A stretch of 64,000 bases of DNA from Mizuhopecten yessoensis (lineage: Eukaryota), in the NCBI RefSeq assembly GCF_002113885.1, contig NW_018408622.1, positions 741,967-805,966 of the forward strand, written 5' to 3'. The position numbers and the translations under genes are program-made. Numbering within the stretch: the first letter of the stretch is position 1; the number at the start of each line of letters is the position of its first letter. The notes under the pieces are model-generated. The model was not told the DNA's origin and did no database searches. It was given only the letters and a program-made list of their open reading frames with translations. This document shows, in pieces, positions 1 through 12,600 of the stretch.

Positions 1-1969
1 CAACTAGTTACACAATGGATAAAAGTTTTAAATTACTGAAGGCCATCGGATTCAGCAGATATTTATGAACGCACTCAAACCGAGTTTTGATTGATAACCA
101 ATGAACTTTTCTGGTGCAAGAAACATTTGTTTCATTCACCTCACCAGAGTCTAGTATTGCTGTCGGTGTTTATAAACAGAACGAACCTTTCAAACTTACA
201 CAACTACACACTGGCAAGGCTACCCGACATAGACAGAACACAGACGTTTCAACAAAGTCAAGTATTGAAAATACACATCTGGATTTTTTTTTTTCGAAGG
301 CTGGGTTTGTTTCTGTCATTGCTTTTCTTGGCTTTTAAAACTGAAAGAAAGTTTTGTATGAAAGGAGTATCTCAAGTATTGCAGTTATAACGAAGACAGA
401 CAGAAAACAGATTTTAGGGACCTGTCTGTTGTGTAACAGAAGCAAGGGAAAGACAACATGTGGGAGAAAATGTTTCGCAGTGATGTTTGTAAAAGCTTGG
501 AAGCTGCCATAAAAAGTTTATATAGTCATCAAGAACAGTTCTGTGATGTACAAAGGTGACAGGAAGTGTAAACAACAGTTCAGTCTGACAGACAGATGAA
601 GCTTTGAAGGAACCTTCCCAACACTAGCCTCGCTGTGTATACTACCTGATGGCAAATAAAGATGAACATGCACTGTCTAAAAGGGGAAAAAATAAACATG
701 ATGTTGTCAACGTAACATGCATTCAGGAGATAAGCAAGTGAAAAAAATGATTATGCTTAGATTTAATGATTAAGTTCAAAAGTATTAAATGTAAGTTTTA
801 AATTAAAAGTTTGGCATACCAGACAACCTTCCCCATTGTTTATCTCCCCTTTCTGCAATGTTCCCATCTCCGGGTCAAAACTGTCTCCACTACCAAACAA
901 ATTCTCCTACTATCGAAAGATGTCTCTTTCCTTTTGATTTCCTTTTGAACACAAATTATCATATAAAAGTTCTGTTTCTAGCACACTGTTCTTATGGTCT
1001 GTATACCAAATATATGGAAATTAAAAATAGAAAGGGATTTATCAAGCCCCACCCCACTCTTTTTCTGTTTGTAAAAGGGAATGTTATCTTTTTTGCTATT
1101 TCAAGATAAATACCCAGCTTTCAAAACAACAAATGGGGTAAAACTATAGATATGTTTTCCATTTCACAATTCATCACTATTTGAACATTTCAAAGTTTTG
1201 ACGAAGATTTCCCCCAATTTGAACTCCATTTTCAAAAATACCATGATTATTATAGTAATTAATCTAAGAAAGATCTGTTAGAAGTTAAATATGACATTTT
1301 CAAAAAGAAAAGCAAAAACATGAAAAAGGAGAAGAATTTGAAGGTGTGAGTTAAAGAGGGAGTGTTACATTGTTGAAAGTTCACCCCCTACTTGCGTGAT
1401 ATGATGTGTCAGACCGAGTGTTATGGTCGGAGTATTAACAGATAGGAATTCTGAGGATCTTCGTGGGAAGCGTATCATTATGTTTAGAATTTGTGTAAAC
1501 AATTAGAATAACATGCCAGCTGTACGGATGAAAACGATGCAGAATCGTGCGTTCGTTTTACTTGAATGAATCACTTTACCAACGCAAGACTGTACAGGGC
1601 ATGTTTTGCACATGCGATGCACATGTTGTCATCACATTTCCCTGCAATTTTGTTCACTCGGAACCCTTGGCCCGCCGTAAATTAGCAGTGATGAGGCATC
1701 TTGTAATCTTAATGTAGAGTAACGTTAATGGGAGAACGAAAAACTGAAAGAAATGTGTCCAATTCAGATGAAGGAAAATGTGCACTTTTTATTCGTGTTT
1801 TTTTAAGACAAAAGATTTCATTCATATGACTTTTGTAAACACACAGTGTAAGAACAGTGTATAAGAACACAACATAATACAAACATATCAAAAGATGTTT
1901 GGCCCTCTGATGCAATTATTATAATGTGCTCAATGTTAATTAAGGGGGGGAAAAAATAACGACATTGAC

Positions 1970-2060
1970 AGTGAGTGAGTGAGTGAGTGAGTGTGAGTGA
2001 GTGAGTGAGTGAGTGTGAGTGAGTGAGTGAGTGAGTGAGTGTGAGTGAGTGAGTGAGTGA
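1970..2060. repeat. (GAGT)n microsatellite
   Basis: About 22 GAGT units with three periodic extra-GT interruptions. Confidence 0.97.
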
Positions 2061-4209
2061 TGATCGGGGGTGGGGGTGGAATTTCACTAAAAAGCGGGAT
2101 TTTCCATCTGATATGCGTGCACTCAACTACAAAATGAAAGTAGGGACTTCACACTTTCTTAATGAGCAGTTTTTTTGGGTTTTTTTCTGTCTGTTAGGAA
2201 TTTATTTATGTTACATGGAAATATTCTTGATTAATTATAAAGTTGGAAAATTTAAACACCCTAGAAATGAATCAGAAAAAAAAATCTGGAAATGAGATTG
2301 TGCACAAGAGATAAATATTAATTAATCATGCTAAAGAACGTTTTTGGGATCCCCAGAAACAAAACTCTAAATCAAGATGTTATGTAATCGTGATCCCTAA
2401 GACACGATTCAATGGCAAGACAGGAAATCTGAGAATGTGAGTCACTTTAAATGTTTAGATGCTGTCATCTAAGGTTAAACTAATTCATATTCAAGCCAGA
2501 ATGTTTTTCCAATTTGAAAGAAAATTCCTTGAAAAATTTGCATCCTTAAATGACCTCAGCTTTAAATAGAACGTTACAAAAATAAAATAAAAACCTTGAA
2601 GTTATGATACTTTATCAAAATCTATTTTAGGCCTTCTAATTGTCAAATTACTGCCCAAAAACTTATGATATATGACACGAACTAAAAAAAGAAAATTACT
2701 GTATTTGTTTAAAGTATGAAATTTAAAAAATAGATTTTTTGTAAATTGAATATAGTGGCTTATGAATTGAAAGAAGCTGATATGCACAACCAAGAGCTCC
2801 CAAGGCCACTCAGTCATGATAATATGTCATTTTGTGATCTTGTTTCATAATTCAGCAATTTTATCCGTTGAAGACCTCTTTTGAACTCATTATTACAATT
2901 ACCTTGAAAATAATTAGCTTTCTTCTCTAAGTAGTTCAAATATGCTAAGATATAATTAAGAAGAATTCAATTTTGAATTAGATTCCGAATACGTTAAAAG
3001 GATAACCTTCCTGATGTAATTTCAATGTAATTCCATCCTATCTGCAAAGAGCCCCATGTCACACCTGTCCATTTGTGATGTACTTATGACAGGTCCAATT
3101 ATACCCAATTACAGTAAATGGGGGGAGGGGGGGGTGAAAGATAATTTTTGTGAATTTCTCAAAATTAGCTACAGTTATATTTTTACTAATTTTTGCGAAC
3201 TGGAACTATATGACTACTGTAAAACTAACATTGAATTAAAAATGTATTCACAATTTTTTTTGAACTCAACAATATGTCTAGATGCTAGTGCTGACTTCCC
3301 CTTGTAAACGAATCTTCTATAGTGCAGGACTTGCCAATTGTTACAGGAAAATACAAACTTGTCCACCCTCCACTACAACAATAGAACCTCCTAGATTATT
3401 GGCGCAGACTAAGACCTTGTCAGCTTTTGTGGACACATTTTTCAGGTTACAAAAACCTCCCAAAATCCTCAGTATACTTATCACATGTATCACAAATGTA
3501 TATAATTGATGAAGATATCTGGATGGCACTGTCACAACAGGAAAAGGATAAAGGGTATTTACAAAGGATGGAGCACTTATTAGGTTAATTACAGTATCAA
3601 GAAAAATCTTCTTTGAAACGTGAACACTACCAGCATAACATTCAAGGTATATATTATAACTCTATAGAGAAATTAACAATGTCTAATTTCACTATCATTA
3701 TTCGTCTATTTACGCTGACTTTTAAACATTTTCTTGTCTTGACAGGATGTAACATCAGCACTACACTAAAGGATCTGAAAGAGTTTCCTGTTAAGACTAT
3801 AAAGAAATTATTACAAAAAGAAAAATAAACAATAAGGACTCATTGATGTTAATTGCTTCACATGAAACATAACTGGTACAATTATCGTTAACATCAGACA
3901 GGACTGACGGTGTGATACAGTTATTGTACAGAGGAGAGACAGATCTCTGAAGTAGGCAGGAAGTATATGTCGTTGGAAACAGGAGGAAAAACAACCCATA
4001 TGTCCTACTTAAAAATATCAGAGATAACAAAATTGGGAAAAGAAGGATAGTGGATATTCTGTGGTGATTAGGGGAGGCAGTTCAACAGATGGGATGTATT
4101 TATGTTATTTATTTCTGTACAATGGGCAAGGCTTTTTGTTAGATTCTACACATCCTTACACATGTAAACACTTACAGGAGTCCCCAAATACCTTCAACTC
4201 TGAAAAGGT

Positions 4210-4620
4210 TTTTTTAGGCCCACTCATAAAATTGATGGGATGAGCTAGGGCATATAGTGTTGCTTATGTCCATCCCATCCTGTCTGTCACCATTCAATGT
4301 TAACACTCTAGCAACTTCATTCTTTGACCATTTGATCAAACTTTAAGCAAAGGTCATGTATGAGAATTCCTCTGGCATCTCTGTGTTTTGGGTTTCAAAG
4401 GTCAAGGCCAAGGTCACTGTTGCTATATTTAGAAAATCTTCAAAAAAATCAGTCTCAGAACTCTAGCTACTTCATTTCTGAACAGACATTTTCTGGTTGT
4501 ACTTTAAAAAAATGTTTGCTTAATCCTCAAAACAGTCCAGATTGTTTAAATTATTTGTTATAATGAAATCAAATGGGGGGGGGGGGGGGGGGGGAATTGA
4601 TATTCTAGGATGCGTCCAAA
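4210..4620 (+). mobile_element. Degenerate Helentron/HINE-like remnant ending near a G20 tract
   Basis: T-run start, GTCC/CTGT microsatellite remnant (4267-4290), AAAGGTCAAGGCCAAGGTCAC motif, G20 at 4575-4594. Confidence 0.4.
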
Positions 4621-4693
4621 AGGTAGAGCAATTGTGTTGGTAACGACTTTATAAAGTAAAGGATGTAAAGATCAATAAAGGGACGGAGGGAGT

Positions 4694-4866
4694 GGTCTGA
4701 GAGAGATGGAATGACTAATTGATAAACAACGATTAATTGACAAACAACAGAGTATTAGAAAACAGACATATTGAGATATTGAGACCAGGAGATAGGGGAC
4801 ATGAGGGTTGGGGTCTGAGAGAGATAGAATGATTTATAGATAAACAACGGAGGATTAGAAAACAGA
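4694..4866. repeat. Diverged tandem duplication (about 118-bp period)
   Basis: ggtctgagagagat.gaatga..gataaacaac..attagaaaacaga occurs twice. Confidence 0.75.
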
Positions 4867-5745
4867 AATGACATGTTATCATTGTATGATTGAGTTATAA
4901 GCTAACGAACACATATACATGATATGTATTATTGACAGTATCCTGACTGAAAGATTTGAGTTGTAATTGTGTCATCAGTGTACTGAAAAACATACTAGAC
5001 ATTTACTGGTCATGAAAACCACAAGCAAGCGAACAGTATGGAAATAAGAGGCAGAAACATGCTGATGTCAAAGTTTCACAGATGAAATTTATAATTGAAA
5101 TATTGAAATAGAAGTTCCTTTAGAAGTTTCTTAATGTAAAAAATATGTAAATCAGTTTTCATGGTACTATAATAGGTTTTACTTTATGATAAACAGGTTG
5201 ATTGAAATGTACTTGAAACCTTATTTCCCCCATGGCTTATGTGGTTTGAAACGTACGTCACAACCGACTCCGTACATAATCCCGTTATCCAGTGGCGTGT
5301 GAGGTGTGTCTTCGGGATAAAGGGTACAGATATTAACATTGACCCATATATTACCAGGTCGTATTCGTCTTTATGGGTGAGGCCGAAATGTCATCGATTT
5401 GCATGACTGTAAATAGACGTGTCCACCGACGACCAGACAGGGTGATTAGGACAGGAGACGTGCGTGTCCCATTCATAGATTTCACACATTGGGAGAGCCG
5501 TGGTTTAGGACATAATCTGTAGCTGTCCTGTATTGATCGGTAGATAACAGTGTTTACTTTTACCTTACTTGATAGTTACCTGTCTACACTCTCTGTACCA
5601 ATATTGTCCAATTTAGTTATCAGTGGCTGATGTCAGCTTATCAACCCTGCCTTAACAGTGATTTTGTTTATTTTATGTGTTTATCTTAAATTTTCTATTT
5701 TCAAAATGTATGCTTTATGTTGATAACGGAGGTAATTATTTTTCG

Positions 5746-5825
5746 AAGCCCCAACTTGTGATCAAATCCAGGACCTGATTTGGTTTAAATAAGTCACTGA
5801 TGCTCTATCGCATATGAGCTAAACA
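5746..5825 (-). mobile_element. tRNA-derived SINE head remnant
   Basis: Minus strand TAGCTCATATGCGATAGAGCA (A-box-like) ... GGTCCTGGATTTGATC (degenerate B box). Confidence 0.4.
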
Positions 5826-5968
5826 GAAATTCTGTCTTTATCCAAGTCCATAGGATAGAGCTAGTATCTAACCAGAGTAACATGGTCAAATAAGATCATA
5901 TTTGAGTAAAATGAAATAAATAAATCGAATACATTAACACAATAGAAGAGATTATCAGGTTGATGCGC

Positions 5969-6251
5969 CATTGTTGTCGTTTGCTTCCGTTTTTGGGAAC
6001 TAGGTTGTGGTGGCTTTTGCCAATTTTTCTAGAGAGTTCCTAAATAATTGTAAAATTGTCAGGGAAACTTGAGAGCAAAAGGGCGACATGATCTTTTATT
6101 TCCCCGTCATGTGACCAGTATCATTGTTGTCGTCTCCTTCCAGCTCTTGCCAATTTTTCTAAAGAGGCTCTGAATAAGGGAAATATGATGGTGGGAAACT
6201 TGAGCATGAGGGTGACATGATCTTTTATTGCCGGTCATGTGACCAGTGTCA
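5969..6251. repeat. Diverged tandem duplication (two copies of about 130-150 bp)
   Basis: cattgttgtcgt..ttgccaatttttcta..gggaaacttgag..gacatgatcttttatt..gtcatgtgaccagt repeated. Confidence 0.8.
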
Positions 6252-6373
6252 ACCAATCAGACGCACTGTTAGAAAGATGAGGTATGATATTACCCACGTG
6301 TATTTGGAAAATTAATGTGACATGTTGATATAGATGTACTAAAACTTAGCAATATTTTTCTTCTCTTCCCCAG

Positions 6374-6649
6374 TCTAGCGATGACTCCCAAGAATACCAT
6401 CATGGAATCTCCTGTAAGCGGCCCAAGCTGCGCAGACTGGAGCCCATGGAAACAATATTCGTTAAGCATGTAAAAGAAGACAGTGTTGCCCAAAACGCCG
6501 GTCTTAACGAAGGAGATCGTATCCTGTCTATCAACAACATACCTATCATCGGCCAGTCTTACCCACAGGTCATCTCGCTGATACAAACCTCCGACGAGCC
6601 CCTACTCAAATTGGATGTGTTGCCAAGAGACGAGGATGTTCTTCAAATG
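6374..6649 (+). CDS. ARHGAP21: ARHGAP21/23 exon (window exon 1): C-terminal part of PDZ domain
   Basis: ttctcttccccag acceptor; [61 protein letters not shown]; donor gtgggt; phase 0-0. Confidence 0.93.
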
Positions 6650-9600
6650 GTGGGTAATAGCGCTCAGATTTGACTAAATCTAATATAGATTTTGGTGGAA
6701 AAGATTTTGAAAAAATTAACTGTGCAATATCAAGATTGTCTCTGTTTTTGAGGTATGGTCATAATCACTATTTCATTTTAGTAGATTAAAACTGCTGTAT
6801 TCGTTGTAAATAGTGTCCTGTGCCCTTAAAGTGCTCATATCCCTTTTTCGGCACCAATATTGAAATTATATAAATGCCACAAACTGACCCACACCCTCGA
6901 TCCTGACCAGCGCTCCAGTAAATGACATTTGTTTTTTGCATAAATAGATAGATTTTAGTCAGAATTTAGTCACAAGCAGTAATTATTACTACCACCAAAA
7001 TCAGTAGAGTTAATTATAGGTATGTAGCTTACATTTTGTTATTTAAATGTTAGTGCCCTGGCCGCTTTTTATGGCAACTACGGTAGTTTCATAGGGTTTT
7101 TAGTTTCCCAGGTCATTTTTTCTGATTTCTTTGTTTTTGAAATTTTCCTTAAAAACCATCAACAGCAAAATGTAGTTATAAATATATGAAATTTCTGGAG
7201 TAATTTTTTCTGAGATTTTGGTCACAGATTATGGTCGACTCAATTGTCCCTTCAAAACAGATTGCTGAACAAAGAATGATAGGGGGAAATTGAAAAATAA
7301 TGATATTTTTTACAAATGGAAATAAAAGAATTTGATTAAAAGATGTGAAATTTACTTTATCCTGTAATTGTTTTTCTTGATTAGCTTTATAATGTTCCAT
7401 CACCAGTATGCATAGTAGTGTTACCTTAACCCTTTCACCCCTGGGTAATTTTAGTAGACTCTACCATACATTTATTCGGATGAGTCCATTATGGTCTACA
7501 GTGGTGAAAGGGTTAAGGCCTGTGAGATGGTATATGGGACTACATGTCAGTTACCTGTAATGGGCTGTTTTGCAGGGTAGATATACCTTACTGTCCTTAC
7601 CTGTAATGGGCTGTTTTGCTGGGTAGATATACCTAGCTGTCCTTACCTGTAATGGGCTGTTTTGCAGGGTAGATATACCTAGCTGTCCTTATCTGTAATG
7701 GGCTGTTTTGCAGGGTAGATATACTTAGCTGTCCTTACCTGTAATGGGCTGTTTTGCAGGGTAGATATACCTAGCTGTCCTTACCTGTATATGTTATCAT
7801 ACAGGAAGGTTATTGCTAGCTAGGTGCACAGGAATGTGCAGACTGTTTACTGCACAGTCAGGTCCAATGTCCTTGTAGACAGATAAACACCGAGGCAGAC
7901 TGTTTTCTCTGTACTGTAATTAATGGGTAACACTATACACCTTCAAATGGAACTTTGTATCCAAAACCTTTTCTATCACAGCTCAAGTTCACAATATCTA
8001 TAAGGACGCCTAAGCATTGTCTATTGAATTATGAAGTTTATGACCTCACTCACAAAACCACTTTTATGTTTAAATGTTTGAAATGTTATTCAACCCATCC
8101 TAAACTTCATCACCTGTGTTCGTGATCCGATAGATGACAAAAATAGTTCTGTAGTTTCCTGTCCAAGAATTGATTTGTTTAAAAGATTACATTTTTTGTT
8201 CAGTGTTAGGTTATAGCATGTATAACATATATGAAAGGACTGTACTTAAATACTGCCTTGATCACAATTACACAATATAAAGGAAGGTGCCTGTCTCAGA
8301 ATATAGTATTATCTGTCCTTAAATTTATACTATATACAGGGAAAGTTTTGGCAAGACAAACTTTCACCCAGACAAACTAAGGAAAACTTATACCCAGGCA
8401 AACTAAGGCAAACTTTCACCCAGGCAAACTCATACCCAGGCAAACTAAGGCAAACTTTCACCCATGCAGGCAAACTAAGGCAAACTTTCACCCAGGCAAA
8501 CTAGGCAAACTTTCACTCAGGCAGACTAAGGCAAACTTTCACCCAGGCAAACTGAGGAAAACTTATACCCAAGCAAACTAAGGCAAACTTTCACCCAGGC
8601 AAACTTATACCCAGGCAAACTAAGGCAAACTTTCACCCAGGCAAACTTATACCCAGGCAAACTTATACCCAGGCAAACTAAGGCAAGCTTTCACCCAGAC
8701 AAACTTATACCCAGGCAAACTAAGGCAAACTTTCACCCAGGCAAACTTATACCCAGGCAAATTAAGGCAAACTTATACCCTGGCAAACTTCTACCATTTG
8801 CCGATATAATCAATATCGCACAGTGTTGATTTTGCCCCTTACATTTAAATACTTCATGTTTATTATGTATGTGTATTACATTGTTTAAGAATGTTCGCTG
8901 TAATAATAAATTCCCCCTCATTATGGAAGGCAAAAGCGAAAATTTCAATGGGGTGAAAATCCTCAGTATAAAGTACTTAACAGTCATTTGGTATCAAGAT
9001 AGAATGACATCTATGGTAAAATTATCTTGAAGTGAAAATTAAAATCAGTTTGTAAATTATAATTTCAGTATTCTAAATATAAAATAAAAAACTGGAATCA
9101 GTAGCAATTATTTGGTGACCAGAGAGAAATAATGGTTGTGGTAAAACCTGTTCTTTAACCCATTCACAAATTATAATTTCAATACTCTAAATACAGATTA
9201 AGATATGCTAAAACCACCATATAATTTGCATATGTACCCTAAGAATCAATGTATATCCTGTATTTTAAACAAATGCCCATGCTTTACAAATATATGCCAT
9301 GCAATCCATTGACAAGGTTAACATTTGATCAAAGACTGTGAGTGGAAGCTAGGCTATATATATAATAAATTATGCATAGGTCACCGAGGTGGAATTTCAC
9401 GTCACTCGCACTTACACACTGTTGGGGGTTTGAAGGTTTATGGTATGTAAATAAAGATGCGAGTCATGTATTGAGTCAGGACGACCTATTGTATCAGAGT
9501 CTGGGACAAACTAGGAGATGACATGTGGGGAATTGTAATGTCGAGAGATTGACAGCATGCTGTGTGCCCTTCCAGGTTTTAAAGTCAGGTTATGTTCAAC

Positions 9601-12600
9601 AATGGATCTCTATTCTATATCAAACATTGTGGCTGTCAATTCTGTTTTAATTTTGACACATTTATAGAATTTAAATAATTGAATATTCATAACGTCAATT
9701 TTAATTTCATCAAAGTGTTTTAAAAGTGGCGATGAAAACTGAATTTAGATGTTGAGATAGCATTGTGCGATAGATTGATTGACAGTGAGACACCTCTTTG
9801 TCATGTATTTGATAAACTTTATGTAGATCATTCGTCTCCTAAAAGGTTTATTACTCAGCACTGGTAATGAGGTAATACATTTATTGCTTATGGTATTATA
9901 AGCATAGTAGACTTTGATGTTGATTCATTTTCTGAGTTTGAAAAAATGTTGGACATTATTTTGTTTGGTCTAAGGGACACAACTCAGTAAGAATTTGGCT
10001 ATCATTTGTATATTTTCAATATTTTATATTTTAAATTTGAGAATTCGCCTTTAAGAAGTATTGTTAGTTTTTTGGCTATATGTGATAACCTCAAAACTGA
10101 TGACATCATGCATATAAATTGATGTGTTCTATCGCTTCTGTGTAAAAATTGAATTTATTATTCACAGTGAGATTTGTGTTGAAAAGTCTTTGTGCATCAT
10201 TTAAATGACATTATGAAGAATGACTAAGATCTAATTTTCTCCCTATGTCGATACCATGTATGTCGGATGATTAATGTGCACTTTTCAATTGGGTACAAGT
10301 GATGTTTGTACATTTGTATATGGTCATTCCTTAATGATTAACTTGTTTTTATTTATAATGTTTGCTAAGTAAATTGTCTTTTTTTTCTGATAAGTATTTT
10401 TATTTGGTTTTTCAGGCTTACCAAAATACAAACAGAAATTCTCTCCAGGAGCCCTTATACCACAGTCGTAGTGGAAGTGGCAGTAATAGTAACAGCGTAA
10501 AGGTCAAAGGTCAGCAGGTCTACCCTTTACCTTCCCAATCCTCTCAGGGGGTCGCATCCTCTGGGGAGAAAGGGAGATATCGAGGACCAGAACGAAGGTT
10601 TTCAGCATCATCACTGGATGAGTACGGTGATTCAGATGAGTTAAATTATAGATATCTGGGATCATCTGAAAAAACAAGAAAAATGAAATCTTCAACATCC
10701 TACACATCGGGATTGAGTGTGTACAGGGAACCACAACTTAAGAACAATGCTAGTGGGAGTGACCTTCACAAGGTCGTATTTAATGACAGACGCAGACAGT
10801 TTGAGTCCCGCGCCAAGGAGAACGTGCAGGCGCCCTCAAAGACATACACATTAGGACTTTACTATCCTGCACCCAAAAAGGAACCTATTACTGTAAAATC
10901 ATCGGAAGGTGTTCCAAGCTCTTCTTCACATTACAGACGGTCAGCAGACAATATATTGCAGTCAAACGATTCTCTAGAAAACATCACGCGGTCAGTGACT
11001 GTCAAACCACAGGGCAGAGTTATTCCCCTTGAACAACGCTCTTCAGCAAGAGAAGGAGTAAATCCATCACAAGATTCATATAATGTTGGAAGTTCATCTG
11101 CATACGCGTCATCTATGTCATCGTCATCTTCACGTCACAGCTACCCAGATTCCTCATCAGCATTAGCCAATCAGAACATAGCAATACCTCACTCGTATAC
11201 ATCCCAAACCAACATGGCAGGTGATAAGAAAGGTGAACATCACCTAACAAGACATTATGTTCCCGTTGTGTCACAGACATCTTCAATGTCGGTCAGTCCA
11301 AAACTGTCCACAAGTGTGGACGGTCTCGACTCTCGCTCCGGTCACTACATTACGGAGCGAAGTCTACGAACTAATTATAGCTCACCTGCATATGAGCAGC
11401 AGAATCAAAACGGTGGTGCTAGAACCTTTATTGTGAAAATCGGCAATAAGACCATTGAAACTGGAGGGAATGGTCAGTCTAATGGTCAAGTGTCCGGTGG
11501 TGCTACAGTTCAGATGTCGAATCAGTACGGCTCCACGTTTGCTCTGACCAAATCTCCTCATGGTGCTCAAATTGAAATTAAACAAAAAGACAACAGGGAA
11601 AGACCACCAATGGTTTCCTACAGAAAACAACAGTTTGAGAGCGGACAGAATGACAACAGCCAGGGACAGAACTCAAACAGGTATAAAACGGAAATTAAGA
11701 AAATAACATCTGGGAAGTTTACAACAGTTCAAAACCGTTTACAAAACTTTGAAAAAGAGGGAATATGTGTGCGAAGAATGTCATCCACTGAGAGATACTC
11801 GTCTCCGGAACCTTCTTCCGGTCACACGTCACATTCCCACTCCTCGGAGCGTAGCACACCACAGCCCCAAACCCCTCAACAGCAACAGACGGCCCCAATT
11901 CGTATCTATGTATCCCAGGGTACACCTCATTCCTCTCCCTCCCCCCTGGTGGAAATCATGCCAATGCCAATATACCAAGACTCGCCAATGCAAAATGCCC
12001 AGCCGATGGAAATGACAACATCACAGGCTTCTCTACACATGCAGGAGGACGATGTAGATGGGATGTCTGATGAAGAGGATCGGGGAAACAAACCTGTTAG
12101 GCAACCGTCATTCCTGGCTGCTATCAACCAGCCTCCGAGATGTAAGTATATGAACCAGGAACCAGGGCCTGTTTTCATGAATCCATTCACATGCTCAAGC
12201 ATGGTTTCTGTGCTCAAACCAGCTTCCTTGTAGCTTGCTTAGATCATGTAACACAGTAAAAAATGACAAGTGAAAATATTTTAAATAAATTTCTGCTTGA
12301 AGTCTCTCCACAATTCTTCCAAATCAAGGACAAAATGTGATTTTTTGTAAAGTTATCACTGGAACAAGAAATTGGGCTTGAGCACAGAATCTGAGTTCGA
12401 GCATGAGAACAGTTTCATGAATACAGGCCCTGGTATAAACAGCTCTTGTAATGTTAGCTGTCAATTCTATATATAGCATTGAGTTCACACTGTACTAATT
12501 AATTACTAGCCGTAAGGTAATTCTTGGCAACTATCAACATAATATGGCTCCAGTGGTGTTCAATTTAGACATAGTCCACTGTATATTTATGTATAAGAGC

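Noticed and set aside
114-338. Missing N-terminal PDZ exon of ARHGAP21/23 (SPES resembles the family YPPES)
   Set aside because: It lacks GFGFTLRHF and convincing splice sites; no such exon was found in 1-6373.
4575-4594. G20 tract as a functional G-quadruplex
   Set aside because: It lies at the end of a decayed repeat, homopolymer length is unreliable, and there is no other support.
10362-12233. Stand-alone 623-aa gene, and likewise the 739-aa ORF at 30076
   Set aside because: Both are exons with read-through into introns; the tail of the first runs into a MITE.
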